A DNA stretch of 64,000 nucleotides from Alphaproteobacteria bacterium (GCA_965237415.1 CBDEFM010000002.1:960001-1024000), one strand, 5' to 3'; counted from the first letter of the stretch, positions 29,816 to 39,963 are shown. Made by a program: numbers and translations. Notes: generated by a model from the sequence alone, not told the origin.

Positions 29816-30964
29816 ATGGCGGATTCGGGAGACAGTGCCGCCACCATCGCCGCGGCGCGGGAGCGCGAGAAACGCCTGCGCTCGATAACCCGGACGGCAC
29901 CGGACGCCATCGTCATCATCGATGAGGCCGGCACCATCGATACGGTAAACCCGGCGGCGGAACGCCTCTTCGGCTATTCCGGCGCCGAGCTCGTCGGCCA
30001 GAATGTGAAGATCCTCATGCCCTCGCCCCATCGGGAAGCCCACGATTCCCACCTGGCCCGCTATCGCGAGACGGGCGAGAAGCGCGTCATCGGAATCGGC
30101 CGAGTCGTGGTCGGCAGGCGTAAGGACGGGACGACCTTCCCCGCGCGCCTCGCGATCGGGGAGATCGAGCTCGATCAGGGGCGGCTCTTCACCGGCTTCC
30201 TCCACGACATCACCGAGCGGGAGACCATCCAGCGGCGCGCCGGCATCCTCCAGCAGGAGCTCATGCACGCCTCCAGACTCTCTGCCATGGGCGAGATGGC
30301 GTCGGGGATCGCGCACGAGCTGAACCAGCCGCTGACGGCCGTCATGAACTACACGCGGGCAGCGCGGCGGCGGCTCGACCGTCCTGAAGCGGACCCCGCG
30401 CCCGTCGCAGACCTCGTCGACAAAGCCGGCAAGCAGGCGGAGCGGGCGGCAGAGATCATCAAGCGGCTGCGGCGCTTCATCAAGAAGGACGACAGTGGCC
30501 GCCGCCTCGAGCCCATCAACGCAGTTGTCGAAGAAGCCGCGGCGCTGGCGCTGATCGGTGCGAGCGACCGACACATCGAGTTGATCTTCTCCTTGGACGA
30601 CGCGCTCCCGCCTGTCCTGATGGATCGCATTGAGGTGCAGCAGGTCGTACTCAACATCCTGCGGAACGCCATCGAAGCGTTCGAAGGACATGGCGAGCGA
30701 AAGATCCGCATCTCGACCCAGGCGGTCGCACCTCAGCAGGTGCGGGTCGATATCCGGGACAACGGCCCCGGCCTCGCGCCGGGTATTGCAGACGACCCGT
30801 TCCGCCCCTTCCAGACCACCAAGGCGGACGGTATGGGCATCGGCCTCGCCATCAGCCGCACAATCATCATCGCCCACGGCGGCCGGCTCTGGGCCGAGAG
30901 CCCGCCGGACGGCGGCGCCGTCTTCCGCTTCTCGCTGCCGGCCGGAGGTAAATCCAATGGCTGA
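29816..30964 (+). CDS. fixL: Heme-PAS oxygen-sensor histidine kinase, soluble FixL-like
   Basis: PAS segment GQNVKILMPSPHREAHDSHLARY...IGIGR with the proximal His; H-box AHELNQPL; DNGPG and GMGIGL. Adjacent to fixJ. Confidence 0.88.
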   Translation: MADSGDSAATIAAAREREKRLRSITRTAPDAIVIIDEAGTIDTVNPAAERLFGYSGAELVGQNVKILMPSPHREAHDSHLARYRETGEKRVIGIGRVVVGRRKDGTTFPARLAIGEIELDQGRLFTGFLHDITERETIQRRAGILQQELMHASRLSAMGEMASGIAHELNQPLTAVMNYTRAARRRLDRPEADPAPVADLVDKAGKQAERAAEIIKRLRRFIKKDDSGRRLEPINAVVEEAAALALIGASDRHIELIFSLDDALPPVLMDRIEVQQVVLNILRNAIEAFEGHGERKIRISTQAVAPQQVRVDIRDNGPGLAPGIADDPFRPFQTTKADGMGIGLAISRTIIIAHGGRLWAESPPDGGAVFRFSLPAGGKSNG

Positions 30965-31583
30965 CGGGGGCGTCGTGGTCGCGGTCATCGACGATGACGA
31001 CGCCGTGCGCGATTCGCTGGGCGCGCTGCTGGAGGCGGAGGGTTACGACGTGGACACTTACGCCTCGGGCCCGGCTTTCCTGGAGGCCCTGCCGGACGCC
31101 CTGCCTGCCTGCGCTCTCGTCGATGTGCGGATGCCGGAAATGGATGGGCTGGAGTTGCAGCGGAGGCTGGCGGACGCCGCACCGGCGCTGCCGGTCATCA
31201 TCATCACGGGTCACGGCGACATCGCGATGGCGGTCAGAGCGATCAAGGCCGGCGCCGTCGATTTCGTCGAAAAACCGTTCCCGGATCGCGCAATTTTGGA
31301 CGGTATCGCGCAGGCGCTCGCCTCGCGTGAGGAAGCGCTCAACCGCGAGACGCGGCGTCTCGACATCCACCGGCGACTCGACCGGCTGACGGCGCGGGAG
31401 CGCGAGGTCTTCGAACGGCTGGCTCGCGGAAGCTCGAACAAGGCCGCCGCCCGCGACCTGGGCATCAGTCCGCGCACTATCGAGGTGCACCGCGCGCGGA
31501 TCATGGAGAAACTGCAGGCGCGCAATCTCGCGCATCTCGTGCGCATGGCGGTGATCGCGCAGGTGAACATGGGCGATATCTAA
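30957..31583 (+). CDS. fixJ: FixJ-type response regulator (REC + LuxR HTH)
   Basis: IDDD, DVRMPEMDG, TGHGDI, DFVEKP and ISPRTIEVHRARIMEKL; overlaps the fixL stop. Confidence 0.92.
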   Translation: MADGGVVVAVIDDDDAVRDSLGALLEAEGYDVDTYASGPAFLEALPDALPACALVDVRMPEMDGLELQRRLADAAPALPVIIITGHGDIAMAVRAIKAGAVDFVEKPFPDRAILDGIAQALASREEALNRETRRLDIHRRLDRLTAREREVFERLARGSSNKAAARDLGISPRTIEVHRARIMEKLQARNLAHLVRMAVIAQVNMGDI

Positions 31584-31641
31584 CCTTTCCGTTGCGCCGA
31601 TAGGCGCGGCACCGCCGCCAGAAGCTATGCCTGTCGCTCCC

Positions 31642-31657
31642 TAAGGGAATTCCCTTA
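31642..31657. promoter_or_regulatory. Perfect 16-bp palindrome, candidate FixJ operator
   Basis: TAAGGGAATTCCCTTA lies about 90 nt upstream of the fixK-like ATG. FixJ is the established activator of fixK. Confidence 0.65.
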
Positions 31658-31743
31658 CGCAACCGCCCTAATTGCGCGGCAGGGCGAAAAACACGAATTA
31701 CCCGTCCGGGAGGCCCGCAACGGTCGCGGGAAGGAAACTTACG

Positions 31744-32457
31744 ATGAACGTCGCCGCTAACAATCGGGCGGTGTATCCGGCCAGCGCCGGAGAGCCGTCC
31801 GCCGGATTCGACCGGCTCGACAGAATCGGCGCGATCAGACATCTCGCGCCGCACGAAACGCTCGCCCTTGAAGGCGACTCTGCCAACCGCTTCCATCGGG
31901 TGCTCAGCGGCACCATTGCCGGCTACAAGGCAACGGCGGACGGGCGCCGGCAAATCGTCGCGTTCTTCTTCCCGGGCGATCTGGTGGGTCTCACTACCGG
32001 CGAGCATTACGCTTACGGTGCCGAAGCAGTGGGCCGGGCAAGCGTCTGCTCGGTTCCCCGTGCCCGCATGCGAGAGCTCTCTCGGCAATCGCCGGCTTTA
32101 CATCAAGACTTGCTCCTGGCCCTCGATCGGGAGATTGCCGCAGCGCAAGAGCGGTTGTTGTGGCTCGGGCGCAAGACGGCGCGGGAGCGGCTCGCGTGCT
32201 TTCTGCTGGAATGCGCCGATCGCACGGGTGAGCCGGGAGAGGACGGCACGCAAACCGTTCCGCTACCGATGAGCCAGCTCGAAATCGGCGACTATCTTGG
32301 CCTCGCTTCGGAGACGGTGAGCCGAGCCCTCGCCTCGCTCGCTCGCGACGGCGCCATCGATGTCTTGCGGCCCTTTGCCGGGGTCGTCATCCGCGAGCGA
32401 CGGCGCCTCGAAGCCACGACAGACGAAGGCGCTCACCTGCCCCGCGCCTATTCGTAG
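31744..32457 (+). CDS. fixK: Crp/Fnr family regulator, FixK-like
   Basis: DGRRQIVAFFFPGD, LGRKTARERLA and HTH IGDYLGLASETVSR; lacks the FNR N-terminal Cys cluster; follows fixLJ. Confidence 0.8.
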   Translation: MNVAANNRAVYPASAGEPSAGFDRLDRIGAIRHLAPHETLALEGDSANRFHRVLSGTIAGYKATADGRRQIVAFFFPGDLVGLTTGEHYAYGAEAVGRASVCSVPRARMRELSRQSPALHQDLLLALDREIAAAQERLLWLGRKTARERLACFLLECADRTGEPGEDGTQTVPLPMSQLEIGDYLGLASETVSRALASLARDGAIDVLRPFAGVVIRERRRLEATTDEGAHLPRAYS

Positions 32458-32514
32458 CTTGGGCGTCCCAGCAGCTCGCTCGGGCCGCGCCCCGCCCAGT
32501 GGTATTCTCCGCCG

Positions 32515-33465
32515 ATGACCCGCCCGACGCTCCGGCTCGCCCGGCTGTTCTCGATCGCGGCGTGCCTGCTCATGCCGGTTACGGCCTCAGCGGAGCCGGA
32601 TACGTCTCCGACCGCTGCACCGGACATCGAACGCAGCGCCGCCATGGCCCATCGGCTTACGGCAACGCCCGGCGCCGGCGCGGAGGGCCGGTCGGTTCTG
32701 CTCAACATGGCGGTTCAGGGTCACGCATCGTCCCAATACTTGCTGGGGCTCATGCACCTCGAAGGGGCCGAACTACCTCTCGACCGTGCAGAGGCCATCA
32801 AATGGCTGGAGCGCGCCGCGGCCCAGCGCCATGAGGGCGCGCGCGTTCATCTCGGGGACATGGCGGCGCGCGGCGATGTGGCAGCTCATCTCGCCCTCGG
32901 CCTGATTGCGCGAGACGTTGCCGGCGACAACACGGCAGCCGCGCGACATTTGCGCGCTGCGGCCACGGCGGGTGATCCACAAGGGTTGCTCGCGCTCGGC
33001 GAACTCTACAGCGCAGGCGACGCAGTCGAGCGCGACGAGGCTTACGCCGCCATTCTGTTCCGATCCGCCACGGCAGCCGCCACGACGGCGGTGCTGCACG
33101 CGCGGCAGGGTGCGGCGGCCGGCATTCTCGGCCCCGGCTCCGACGGTTGGCTGAACAATGCCGTCGACCGCACGCGTTCCGCAAACGCCTCTCCGCCCGG
33201 TGACGATGCGAGCCGGCCGGAACTCTTCGCCCGCTACTGGATCGGTCTGACGCTTCTCGCCGGTGCCGGCACGGCGACCAACACGCCGCGCGGTCTCGCT
33301 CATCACCGCGCTGCTGCCGAGCGTGGCTTCGACCTCGCCGAATTCAGCATGGGCCTCCTCTACGAGCGCGGCCACGGCCTGCCCCGAAATCTCGACCTCG
33401 CACGCCAATGGTTTGAACGTGCCGCTGCCCACGGCCACCCGCCCGTCGCGAAAGTTTGGCCCTGA
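32515..33465 (+). CDS. Exported Sel1-like repeat protein
   Basis: Signal peptide plus several SLR units (SQYLLGLMHLEG, AEFSMGLLYERGHGLPRNLDLARQWFERAA). Confidence 0.8.
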   Translation: MTRPTLRLARLFSIAACLLMPVTASAEPDTSPTAAPDIERSAAMAHRLTATPGAGAEGRSVLLNMAVQGHASSQYLLGLMHLEGAELPLDRAEAIKWLERAAAQRHEGARVHLGDMAARGDVAAHLALGLIARDVAGDNTAAARHLRAAATAGDPQGLLALGELYSAGDAVERDEAYAAILFRSATAAATTAVLHARQGAAAGILGPGSDGWLNNAVDRTRSANASPPGDDASRPELFARYWIGLTLLAGAGTATNTPRGLAHHRAAAERGFDLAEFSMGLLYERGHGLPRNLDLARQWFERAAAHGHPPVAKVWP

Positions 33466-33492
33466 ATTGTTAAACACGTATGAGAATAATCG

Positions 33493-34461
33493 ATGACGTG
33501 GGCGCTCGGCCGTGAGGGTACGCACGAAGTGGTCTCCGAGACCGATCGTCATGGCAAACCGCTGCGAACCCTCATCTGCATGGAAACGGGGCTGGTACGC
33601 AACGACCCCGTACCCAGCGATGAAGAGTTGGCGCGGTTCTACGCCGACGACTATCGCATTGCCTACAAGGGTGCCGCGAAACCGCGTCGCCGCCAGGCTG
33701 TGCGCAATTTTCGGCGTGTGGCAACGTATTTGCGCATGTTTCGGGACGTGCTGGATCCCGCGACGCACGTGCTGGATGTGGGGGCAGGCTCGGGTGAGTT
33801 CGCTTATCTGATGACGCGGCTCGGCAAGACTGTGAAAGGAATTGAACCGAATTCTCGTTACGCCGCGTATTGTCGTGAGGCGCTCGGGTTAGATGTCCAA
33901 ACGGCCCATCTGTCGCCTGATCTTTTTGCTCCAAGTCAATTCGATCTGATTCGCCTGAATCACGTGTTGGAGCATTTGAACGATCCAATAAGGTATCTCG
34001 GTCAGATCGCTTGCTGGCTCACGCCAGGAGGCCTGCTTTATATTGAAGTTCCGAACATTGAAGCGTATTGCCGCGAAAAGTCACGCGGCCGCATGTTCCA
34101 CTATGCACACATCTTCAATTTCAATCCGTGGACCCTGCGCACGTGCGCCGGCCTAGCTGGCCTGACCGAAGCACCGGAAACCGCTCAGCGAACTTCGGGC
34201 ACCACAGGCGCATTCTTCAAACGCGATGCCTCGGCTGCTCAGTCGATCACGACCGAGAACCCACAAAACGCACAACATGTGCAGGCAATGATCGGGGCAC
34301 ACTACGCAGGCGCGTTCAGTCAGGGCCGCACGGGGAAGCCATTCGTCAAATTCGCCAGGCGGTTCGAGGAGACGCTGACGGGGCTTGCCCTAGGTTCGCC
34401 CGCCGCCATCGGCGAGAGCGTGGCGCGCAGCCTTCGTTCGGAGACGGACGGCGCAAGATAG
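33493..34461 (+). CDS. Class I SAM-dependent methyltransferase
   Basis: VLDVGAGSG, GIEPN, NHVLEHL and LYIEVPN. Confidence 0.88.
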   Translation: MTWALGREGTHEVVSETDRHGKPLRTLICMETGLVRNDPVPSDEELARFYADDYRIAYKGAAKPRRRQAVRNFRRVATYLRMFRDVLDPATHVLDVGAGSGEFAYLMTRLGKTVKGIEPNSRYAAYCREALGLDVQTAHLSPDLFAPSQFDLIRLNHVLEHLNDPIRYLGQIACWLTPGGLLYIEVPNIEAYCREKSRGRMFHYAHIFNFNPWTLRTCAGLAGLTEAPETAQRTSGTTGAFFKRDASAAQSITTENPQNAQHVQAMIGAHYAGAFSQGRTGKPFVKFARRFEETLTGLALGSPAAIGESVARSLRSETDGAR

Positions 34462-34476
34462 GGGGCGTGTCGGCCG

Positions 34477-34902
34477 TCAGCCGTCGCGGTGGGTGCGCTC
34501 GTGTCGCTCGTGGCGCTCCTGCGCCTCGACGCTGAGGGTCGCGATGGGGCGGGCCTCGAGACGGCGGATGCTGATCGGCTCGGCAGTTTCCTCGCAGTAG
34601 CCGTAGGACCCGACCTCAATCCGCTGCAGCGCCGCCTCGATCTTCGAGATGAGCTTGCGGGCGCGGTCCCGCGTGCGAAGCTGGACCGAGCGCTCCGCTT
34701 CGACGGCAGCGCGATCCCCCAGGTCCGCCTCGTGCCCGGTATCGAGCCTGAGCTTCTCCAGGGTCGCGTCCGTCTCGTCGAGGATGTCCTGCCGCCACAT
34801 TTCCAGCTTGCGCCGGAAATACTCATGCATCCGCGACGACATGAATTCTTCTCTGCTCGTTGGCCTGTACTTGGCCGGGAGCTCTACTCGCTTCTGCGCC
34901 AC
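34477..34902 (-). CDS. dksA: RNA polymerase-binding protein DksA (alphaproteobacterial single-Cys type)
   Basis: YRP...EYFRRKL, DLGDRA, RDRARKLISKI and YGYCEETAEPI...RLEARPIATLSVEAQERHE. Start codon uncertain. Confidence 0.93.
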   Translation of the reverse strand: MAQKRVELPAKYRPTSREEFMSSRMHEYFRRKLEMWRQDILDETDATLEKLRLDTGHEADLGDRAAVEAERSVQLRTRDRARKLISKIEAALQRIEVGSYGYCEETAEPISIRRLEARPIATLSVEAQERHERHERTHRDG

Positions 34903-35164
34903 TGCCCTGCCGGATCCCACCTCGAAATGGGCGCGGAGTATAAAAATGCACTGGCGCCTCGGCAAGCCATTCCGGCACATCGGCTGCACCAGGCCGAAGA
35001 CGTCCGCATGGTGTCAGTAATCTCGCTATTTCAATGCACTAGAATAATTCTACCGGATGGAGTCACGCGCCGCCGCACCCTGAAATAGTCGACGGAGCGT
35101 TGTGCGGCTATCATGCAGGACCGCAGGCGGGACGCCGGGGCGTCCGATTAGAGAGAGAAAGACG

Positions 35165-35365
35165 ATGGTCGAGGGCCTCGCGCCAGGCGATTGGGTCAGG
35201 AACCCGCTGGCGCCGGAATGGGGCCTCGGGCAGGTGCAGTCCGTCATCGGCGACCGCGTTACCGCCAATTTCGAGAACGCGGGCAAACGCCTCATAAACG
35301 CCGCCGTGGTCAGCCTGACTCGGGTGAAGCCGCCTGCGCCGCCGTCGGAGATGTGGCCCGAGTGA
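35165..35365 (+). CDS. DUF3553-like small protein
   Basis: PGDWVRNP..PEWGLGQVQSVIGDRVTANFENAGKRLIN. Confidence 0.8.
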   Translation: MVEGLAPGDWVRNPLAPEWGLGQVQSVIGDRVTANFENAGKRLINAAVVSLTRVKPPAPPSEMWPE

Positions 35366-35509
35366 ACCCGCCGCCGACTGGCGTAGCCGCTCGTCGAATC
35401 CGACATTCAAACTAGGTCTCGACCGTCGACCGGCTAGGTGTTACGCATCGGAGCCCATTGATCGCTTTGTTCGCCGATTTGGGCGAATCGGCATCGTCGG
35501 AGACCGCAG

Positions 35510-37210
35510 GTGGCTTTTTCGGGCGGAAATCAGAAACCCAGACACCCCGGTAGCGGCCGGCGCAAGGCGCGCTATACCGAAAAGGGCCGGCAAGTCGATC
35601 CCGCGGCGCGGGAGCAAATCCGCGACCTGCTGGGCGACGAGCCCAGGCGCCCCGACCTGCTGATCGAGCATCTGCACAAGATTCAGGACCGCTTCGGCTG
35701 CCTCGCGGCCCGCCATCTCGCGGCGCTCGCGGCAGAGATGCGCCTCGCCATGGCGGAAGTCTATGAGGTCGCGACCTTCTATGCCCACTTCGACGTGGCG
35801 ATGGAAGGCGAGAGCCCGCCGCCGCCGCTGACAGTCAGGGTCTGCGACAGCCTCACGTGCGAATGTTTCGGCGCGCCCGCGCTTTTGGGAGCACTCCCCG
35901 ACGCCCTAGGCGACAACGTTCGGGTGGTGCGGGCGCCCTGCATGGGCCGCTGCGAGGAGGCGCCGGTGGTCGAGGTCGGCCATCGCCACGTGACCCGGGC
36001 GACCGTGAAATCGATCCTCGCCTGCGTCGAGGGACCTGACCATGCACCGGCCATTCCGCCCTACGTGGATTTTGACGCCTATGTCGCGGGCGGAGGCTAC
36101 GAAACTCTCAAGGAGTGCCTGTCGGGCGCGCGGCAAGTCGACGACGTGATCGCCGCTCTGGAAGACAGCGGCCTCAAGGGCAAGGGCGGCGCGGGCTTCC
36201 CGACCGGGCGCAAGTGGCGCTTCGTCCGCGCCGAGACCGGCCCCCGGCTGATGGCCGTCAACGCGGACGAAGGTGAGCCCGGCACGATCAAGGATCGGGT
36301 CTACATGGAGCAGGACCCGCATCGCTTCCTCGAAGGCACGTTGATCGCCGGTTGGGCCGTCGAAGCCGCCGAATGCTACATCTATCTCCGCGACGAGTAT
36401 CCGGGCATCCGCGAGGTGCTGCTGGAGGAGATTGCGAAGCTCGACGCTGCGGGCCTCACGACACAAACCAAGCTTATCCTGCGCAGGGGCGCAGGCGCCT
36501 ACATCTGCGGCGAAGAGTCGGCGATGCTCGAGAGCATCGAGGGCAAGCGGGGCGAGCCCAGGCACAAGCCCCCCTTCCCCTCTCAGGTCGGCCTTTGGGG
36601 CCGGCCCACCCTCATTAACAATGTCGAGACGCTGCACTGGGTGCGCGACATTCTGGAGCGAGGCCCCGCCTGGTTTTCGGACGAAGGGCGCAACGGGCGT
36701 TCGGGCTTTCATAGCTTCTCGGTGTCGGGCCGGGTGAAGGAGCCGGGCGTCAAGCTCGCACCGGCGGGCATCACCATGAACGAGCTGCTGGCGGAATACT
36801 GCGGTGGCATGGCCGACGGGCACACCTTCCGCGCCTACCTGCCGGGCGGCGCCTCCGGCGGCATCCTGCCCGCCTCCATGGCCGACCTCCCGCTCGATTT
36901 CGGCACCCTCGAGTCTCACGGCTGCTTCATCGGCTCGGCCGCGGTCGTGGTGCTCTCGGATCAGGACGATCTCAAGGGTGCGGCACTCAACCTGATGCGA
37001 TTCTTCGAGGACGAGAGCTGCGGGCAATGCACGCCCTGCCGCGTCGGCTGCGAGAAGGCGGCGGTCCTGATGAGCAAGGATCGTTGGGATGCGCCGCTAT
37101 TGCGCGAGCTGAGCACTGCCATGGCCGACGCCTCGATCTGCGGTCTCGGGCAGGCGGCGCCGAACCCGCTGCTGTCCATCCTGCGCTATTTCCCGGAGGA
37201 GCTCGCATGA
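35510..37210 (+). CDS. NAD-dependent formate dehydrogenase beta subunit (fused NuoE/NuoF-like)
   Basis: N-terminal 2Fe-2S thioredoxin-like part (VCDSLTC, CMGRC), then GKGGAGFPTG, NADEGEPGT, YICGEE and ESCGQCTPCR. Confidence 0.9.
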   Translation: MAFSGGNQKPRHPGSGRRKARYTEKGRQVDPAAREQIRDLLGDEPRRPDLLIEHLHKIQDRFGCLAARHLAALAAEMRLAMAEVYEVATFYAHFDVAMEGESPPPPLTVRVCDSLTCECFGAPALLGALPDALGDNVRVVRAPCMGRCEEAPVVEVGHRHVTRATVKSILACVEGPDHAPAIPPYVDFDAYVAGGGYETLKECLSGARQVDDVIAALEDSGLKGKGGAGFPTGRKWRFVRAETGPRLMAVNADEGEPGTIKDRVYMEQDPHRFLEGTLIAGWAVEAAECYIYLRDEYPGIREVLLEEIAKLDAAGLTTQTKLILRRGAGAYICGEESAMLESIEGKRGEPRHKPPFPSQVGLWGRPTLINNVETLHWVRDILERGPAWFSDEGRNGRSGFHSFSVSGRVKEPGVKLAPAGITMNELLAEYCGGMADGHTFRAYLPGGASGGILPASMADLPLDFGTLESHGCFIGSAAVVVLSDQDDLKGAALNLMRFFEDESCGQCTPCRVGCEKAAVLMSKDRWDAPLLRELSTAMADASICGLGQAAPNPLLSILRYFPEELA

Positions 37211-39963
37211 GCGACGTCATCCGCTTCACCCTCGACGGCCGCGCCGTGACCGCGGAGCCGGACGAGACCATCTGGCAGGTCGCCAAGCGGAACGGGATCG
37301 ATATTCCCCACCTCTGCTACACGCCCGATCCGGGCTACCGGGCGGATGGAAACTGCCGAGCCTGCATGGTGGAAATCGAGGGTGAACGGGTGCTCGCGGC
37401 ATCCTGCATCCGCAAGCCGACCGAGGGAATGGAGGCCAGAGCCTCGGTGGAGCGCGCCGTGCGAGCCCGTGACATGGTGATGGAGCTGCTGATCGCCGAT
37501 CAGCCTCCGCCCGAATCCAGTCACGACCCGTCTTGCGAGCTGTGGGATTGGGCGGCCAGCATGGAGCGCACAACGAGCCGCTTCCCGGCTCGGCAGTCCC
37601 CGGCTCCCGACCTCAGTCACACGGCGATGGCGGTCAACCTCGATGCCTGCATCCATTGCACGCGCTGCGTGCGCGCCTGCCGCGAGGTGCAGGTCAACGA
37701 CGTGATCGGCATGGCAGGCCGCGGGGCGCGCAACAAGATCGTCTTCGACTTCGACGATCCCATGGGCGAGAGCACCTGCGTCGCCTGCGGCGAATGCGTG
37801 CAGGCCTGCCCGACCGGCGCCCTCATGCCGGCCAAGGAGGTCGGCAAGGAGACGCCGGCTAAGAAGGTGGAGAGCGTCTGCCCCTATTGCGGCGTCGGCT
37901 GCCAGCTCACCTTCAACGTCAAGGACAACAAGATCCTCTGGGTCGACGGCAAGGACGGCCCGGCCAATCACGGCAGGCTCTGCGTCAAGGGCCGCTTCGG
38001 CTTCGACTATGTCAATCACCCCCATCGATTGACGACGCCGCTGATCCGCAGGGACGATGCACCCAAGTCGGCCGATATCGACATCGACCCGGCCAGTCCC
38101 CTCACCCACTTCAGGGAAGCCAGTTGGGACGAAGCGCTCGATGCGGCGGCGGCGGGCCTCGGGCAAATCCGCGAGCGGCACGGCGCCGGAGCCCTCGCCG
38201 GTTTCGGCTCGGCCAAGGGCTCGAACGAGGAGGCCTACCTCTTCCAGAAGCTCGTGCGCACAGGCTTCGGCACCAACAATGTCGATCACTGTACGCGGCT
38301 CTGCCACGCCTCGTCGGTGGCGGCGCTGCTCGAATGCATCGGCTCCGGAGCCGTCACGGCGAGCTTCAACCAGGTCGAGCATTCAGACGTTATCATCGTC
38401 ATCGGCGCGCAGCCCACCACGAACCATCCGGTGGCCGCGACCTTCTTCAAGAACGCGGCGAAACGCGGGGCGAAGCTGATCGTCATCGACCCACGCGGCT
38501 CGGCGCTCGCCCGCCACGCGAGCCACTTCCTCCAGTTCAAGCCCGGCACGGACGTGGCGCTCCTCAACGCGCTGATGCACGTCATCGTCGAGGAAGAGCT
38601 TTACGACCGGCAGTATGTCTCGGCCCACACGGAGGGGTTCGAGCAGCTTCGAAGCCATCTCAAGGATTACGCACCGGAGGAGATGGGGCCGGTCTGCGGC
38701 ATCGAGCCCGATGTCCTGCGTGAGGTCGCGCGTCTCTACGGGCGTGCGGAAGCGGCGATCATCTTCTGGGGCATGGGAATTTCCCAGCACATTCACGGCA
38801 CCGACAACGCGCGCTGCCTCATCTCGCTGGCGCTGATCGCCGGCCAGGTGGGCCGCCCGGGCACCGGTCTCCATCCGCTGCGCGGGCAGAACAACGTGCA
38901 AGGCGCTTCCGACGCCGGTCTCATCCCGATGATGTATCCGGACTACCAGTCGGTGACCGATCCCACCCGGCGCGAAAAGTTTTCGGATTTCTGGGGGGCC
39001 GAGCTCGACCCGAACGCGGGCCTCACCGTGGTCGAGGTGATGAACGCCGCCCATGAGGGTGCCATCAAGGGCATGTACATCATGGGCGAAAACCCGGCGA
39101 TGTCGGACCCGAACCTGCGGCATGTGCGCGAAGCGCTCGCTTCGCTCGACCATCTCGTTGTCCAAGAACTCTTCCTCACCGAGACCGCGTGCTACGCCGA
39201 CGTGGTGCTGCCTGCCTCCGCATGGCCCGAGAAGGACGGCACGGTCACCAACACCAACCGCCAGGTCCAGATGGGCCGCACCGCTCTCACGATGCCTGAC
39301 GGCGCCAGGCAGGACTGGTGGATCATTCAGGAGATCGCACGCCGCATCGGGCTCGACTGGACCTATGGCGGCCCGGCCGATGTCTTTGCCGAGATGGCAG
39401 GCTGCATGCCCTCGTTCGACAACATCAGTTGGGAGAGGCTTCGCCGGGAAAGCGCCGTCACCTACCCCTGTAGCGACGAGGACGAGCCCGGCCACGACGT
39501 CATCTTCGAAGACGGCTATCCGACCCCGAGCAAGCGGGGCAAGCTCGTGCCCGCGGGAATCGTGCCGCCCGACGAATCGCCCGATGACGAGTTCCCGATG
39601 GTACTGACGACGGGCCGGATGCTCGAGCATTGGCACACCGGCGCAATGACCCGACGCGCCTCCGTGCTCGACCATCTCGAGCCCGAAGCCGTCGCCCATC
39701 TCGCGCCGGCCGAGCTCGAGCGCATGCAGATCGAGCCGGGCGCGCCGATTAAGGTCGAGACCCGGCGCGGCGCCATCGGGCTTCGTGCCCGCGCCGACGC
39801 CGGAGTTCCCGCAGGCGTCGTCTTCATCCCGTTCTGCTTTGCCGAAGCTGCCAGCAACATGCTGACCAATCCGGCCCTCGATCCCGTCGGCAAGATTCCG
39901 GAATTCAAGTACTGCGCCGCGCGCGTCACCCCGGCGGAAGTCCCTGCCGAAGCGGCTGAGTAG
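37207..39963 (+). CDS. fdhF: Formate dehydrogenase alpha subunit (Mo/W-bisPGD, Cys ligand)
   Basis: N-terminal Fe-S clusters, CPYCGVGC, active site CTRLCHASS and PLRGQNNVQG; ATGA overlap with the beta subunit. Confidence 0.93.
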   Translation: MSDVIRFTLDGRAVTAEPDETIWQVAKRNGIDIPHLCYTPDPGYRADGNCRACMVEIEGERVLAASCIRKPTEGMEARASVERAVRARDMVMELLIADQPPPESSHDPSCELWDWAASMERTTSRFPARQSPAPDLSHTAMAVNLDACIHCTRCVRACREVQVNDVIGMAGRGARNKIVFDFDDPMGESTCVACGECVQACPTGALMPAKEVGKETPAKKVESVCPYCGVGCQLTFNVKDNKILWVDGKDGPANHGRLCVKGRFGFDYVNHPHRLTTPLIRRDDAPKSADIDIDPASPLTHFREASWDEALDAAAAGLGQIRERHGAGALAGFGSAKGSNEEAYLFQKLVRTGFGTNNVDHCTRLCHASSVAALLECIGSGAVTASFNQVEHSDVIIVIGAQPTTNHPVAATFFKNAAKRGAKLIVIDPRGSALARHASHFLQFKPGTDVALLNALMHVIVEEELYDRQYVSAHTEGFEQLRSHLKDYAPEEMGPVCGIEPDVLREVARLYGRAEAAIIFWGMGISQHIHGTDNARCLISLALIAGQVGRPGTGLHPLRGQNNVQGASDAGLIPMMYPDYQSVTDPTRREKFSDFWGAELDPNAGLTVVEVMNAAHEGAIKGMYIMGENPAMSDPNLRHVREALASLDHLVVQELFLTETACYADVVLPASAWPEKDGTVTNTNRQVQMGRTALTMPDGARQDWWIIQEIARRIGLDWTYGGPADVFAEMAGCMPSFDNISWERLRRESAVTYPCSDEDEPGHDVIFEDGYPTPSKRGKLVPAGIVPPDESPDDEFPMVLTTGRMLEHWHTGAMTRRASVLDHLEPEAVAHLAPAELERMQIEPGAPIKVETRRGAIGLRARADAGVPAGVVFIPFCFAEAASNMLTNPALDPVGKIPEFKYCAARVTPAEVPAEAAE

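Noticed and set aside
38302-38304. Selenocysteine in the FDH active site
   Set aside because: The codon is TGC (Cys) and the ORF has no in-frame TGA.
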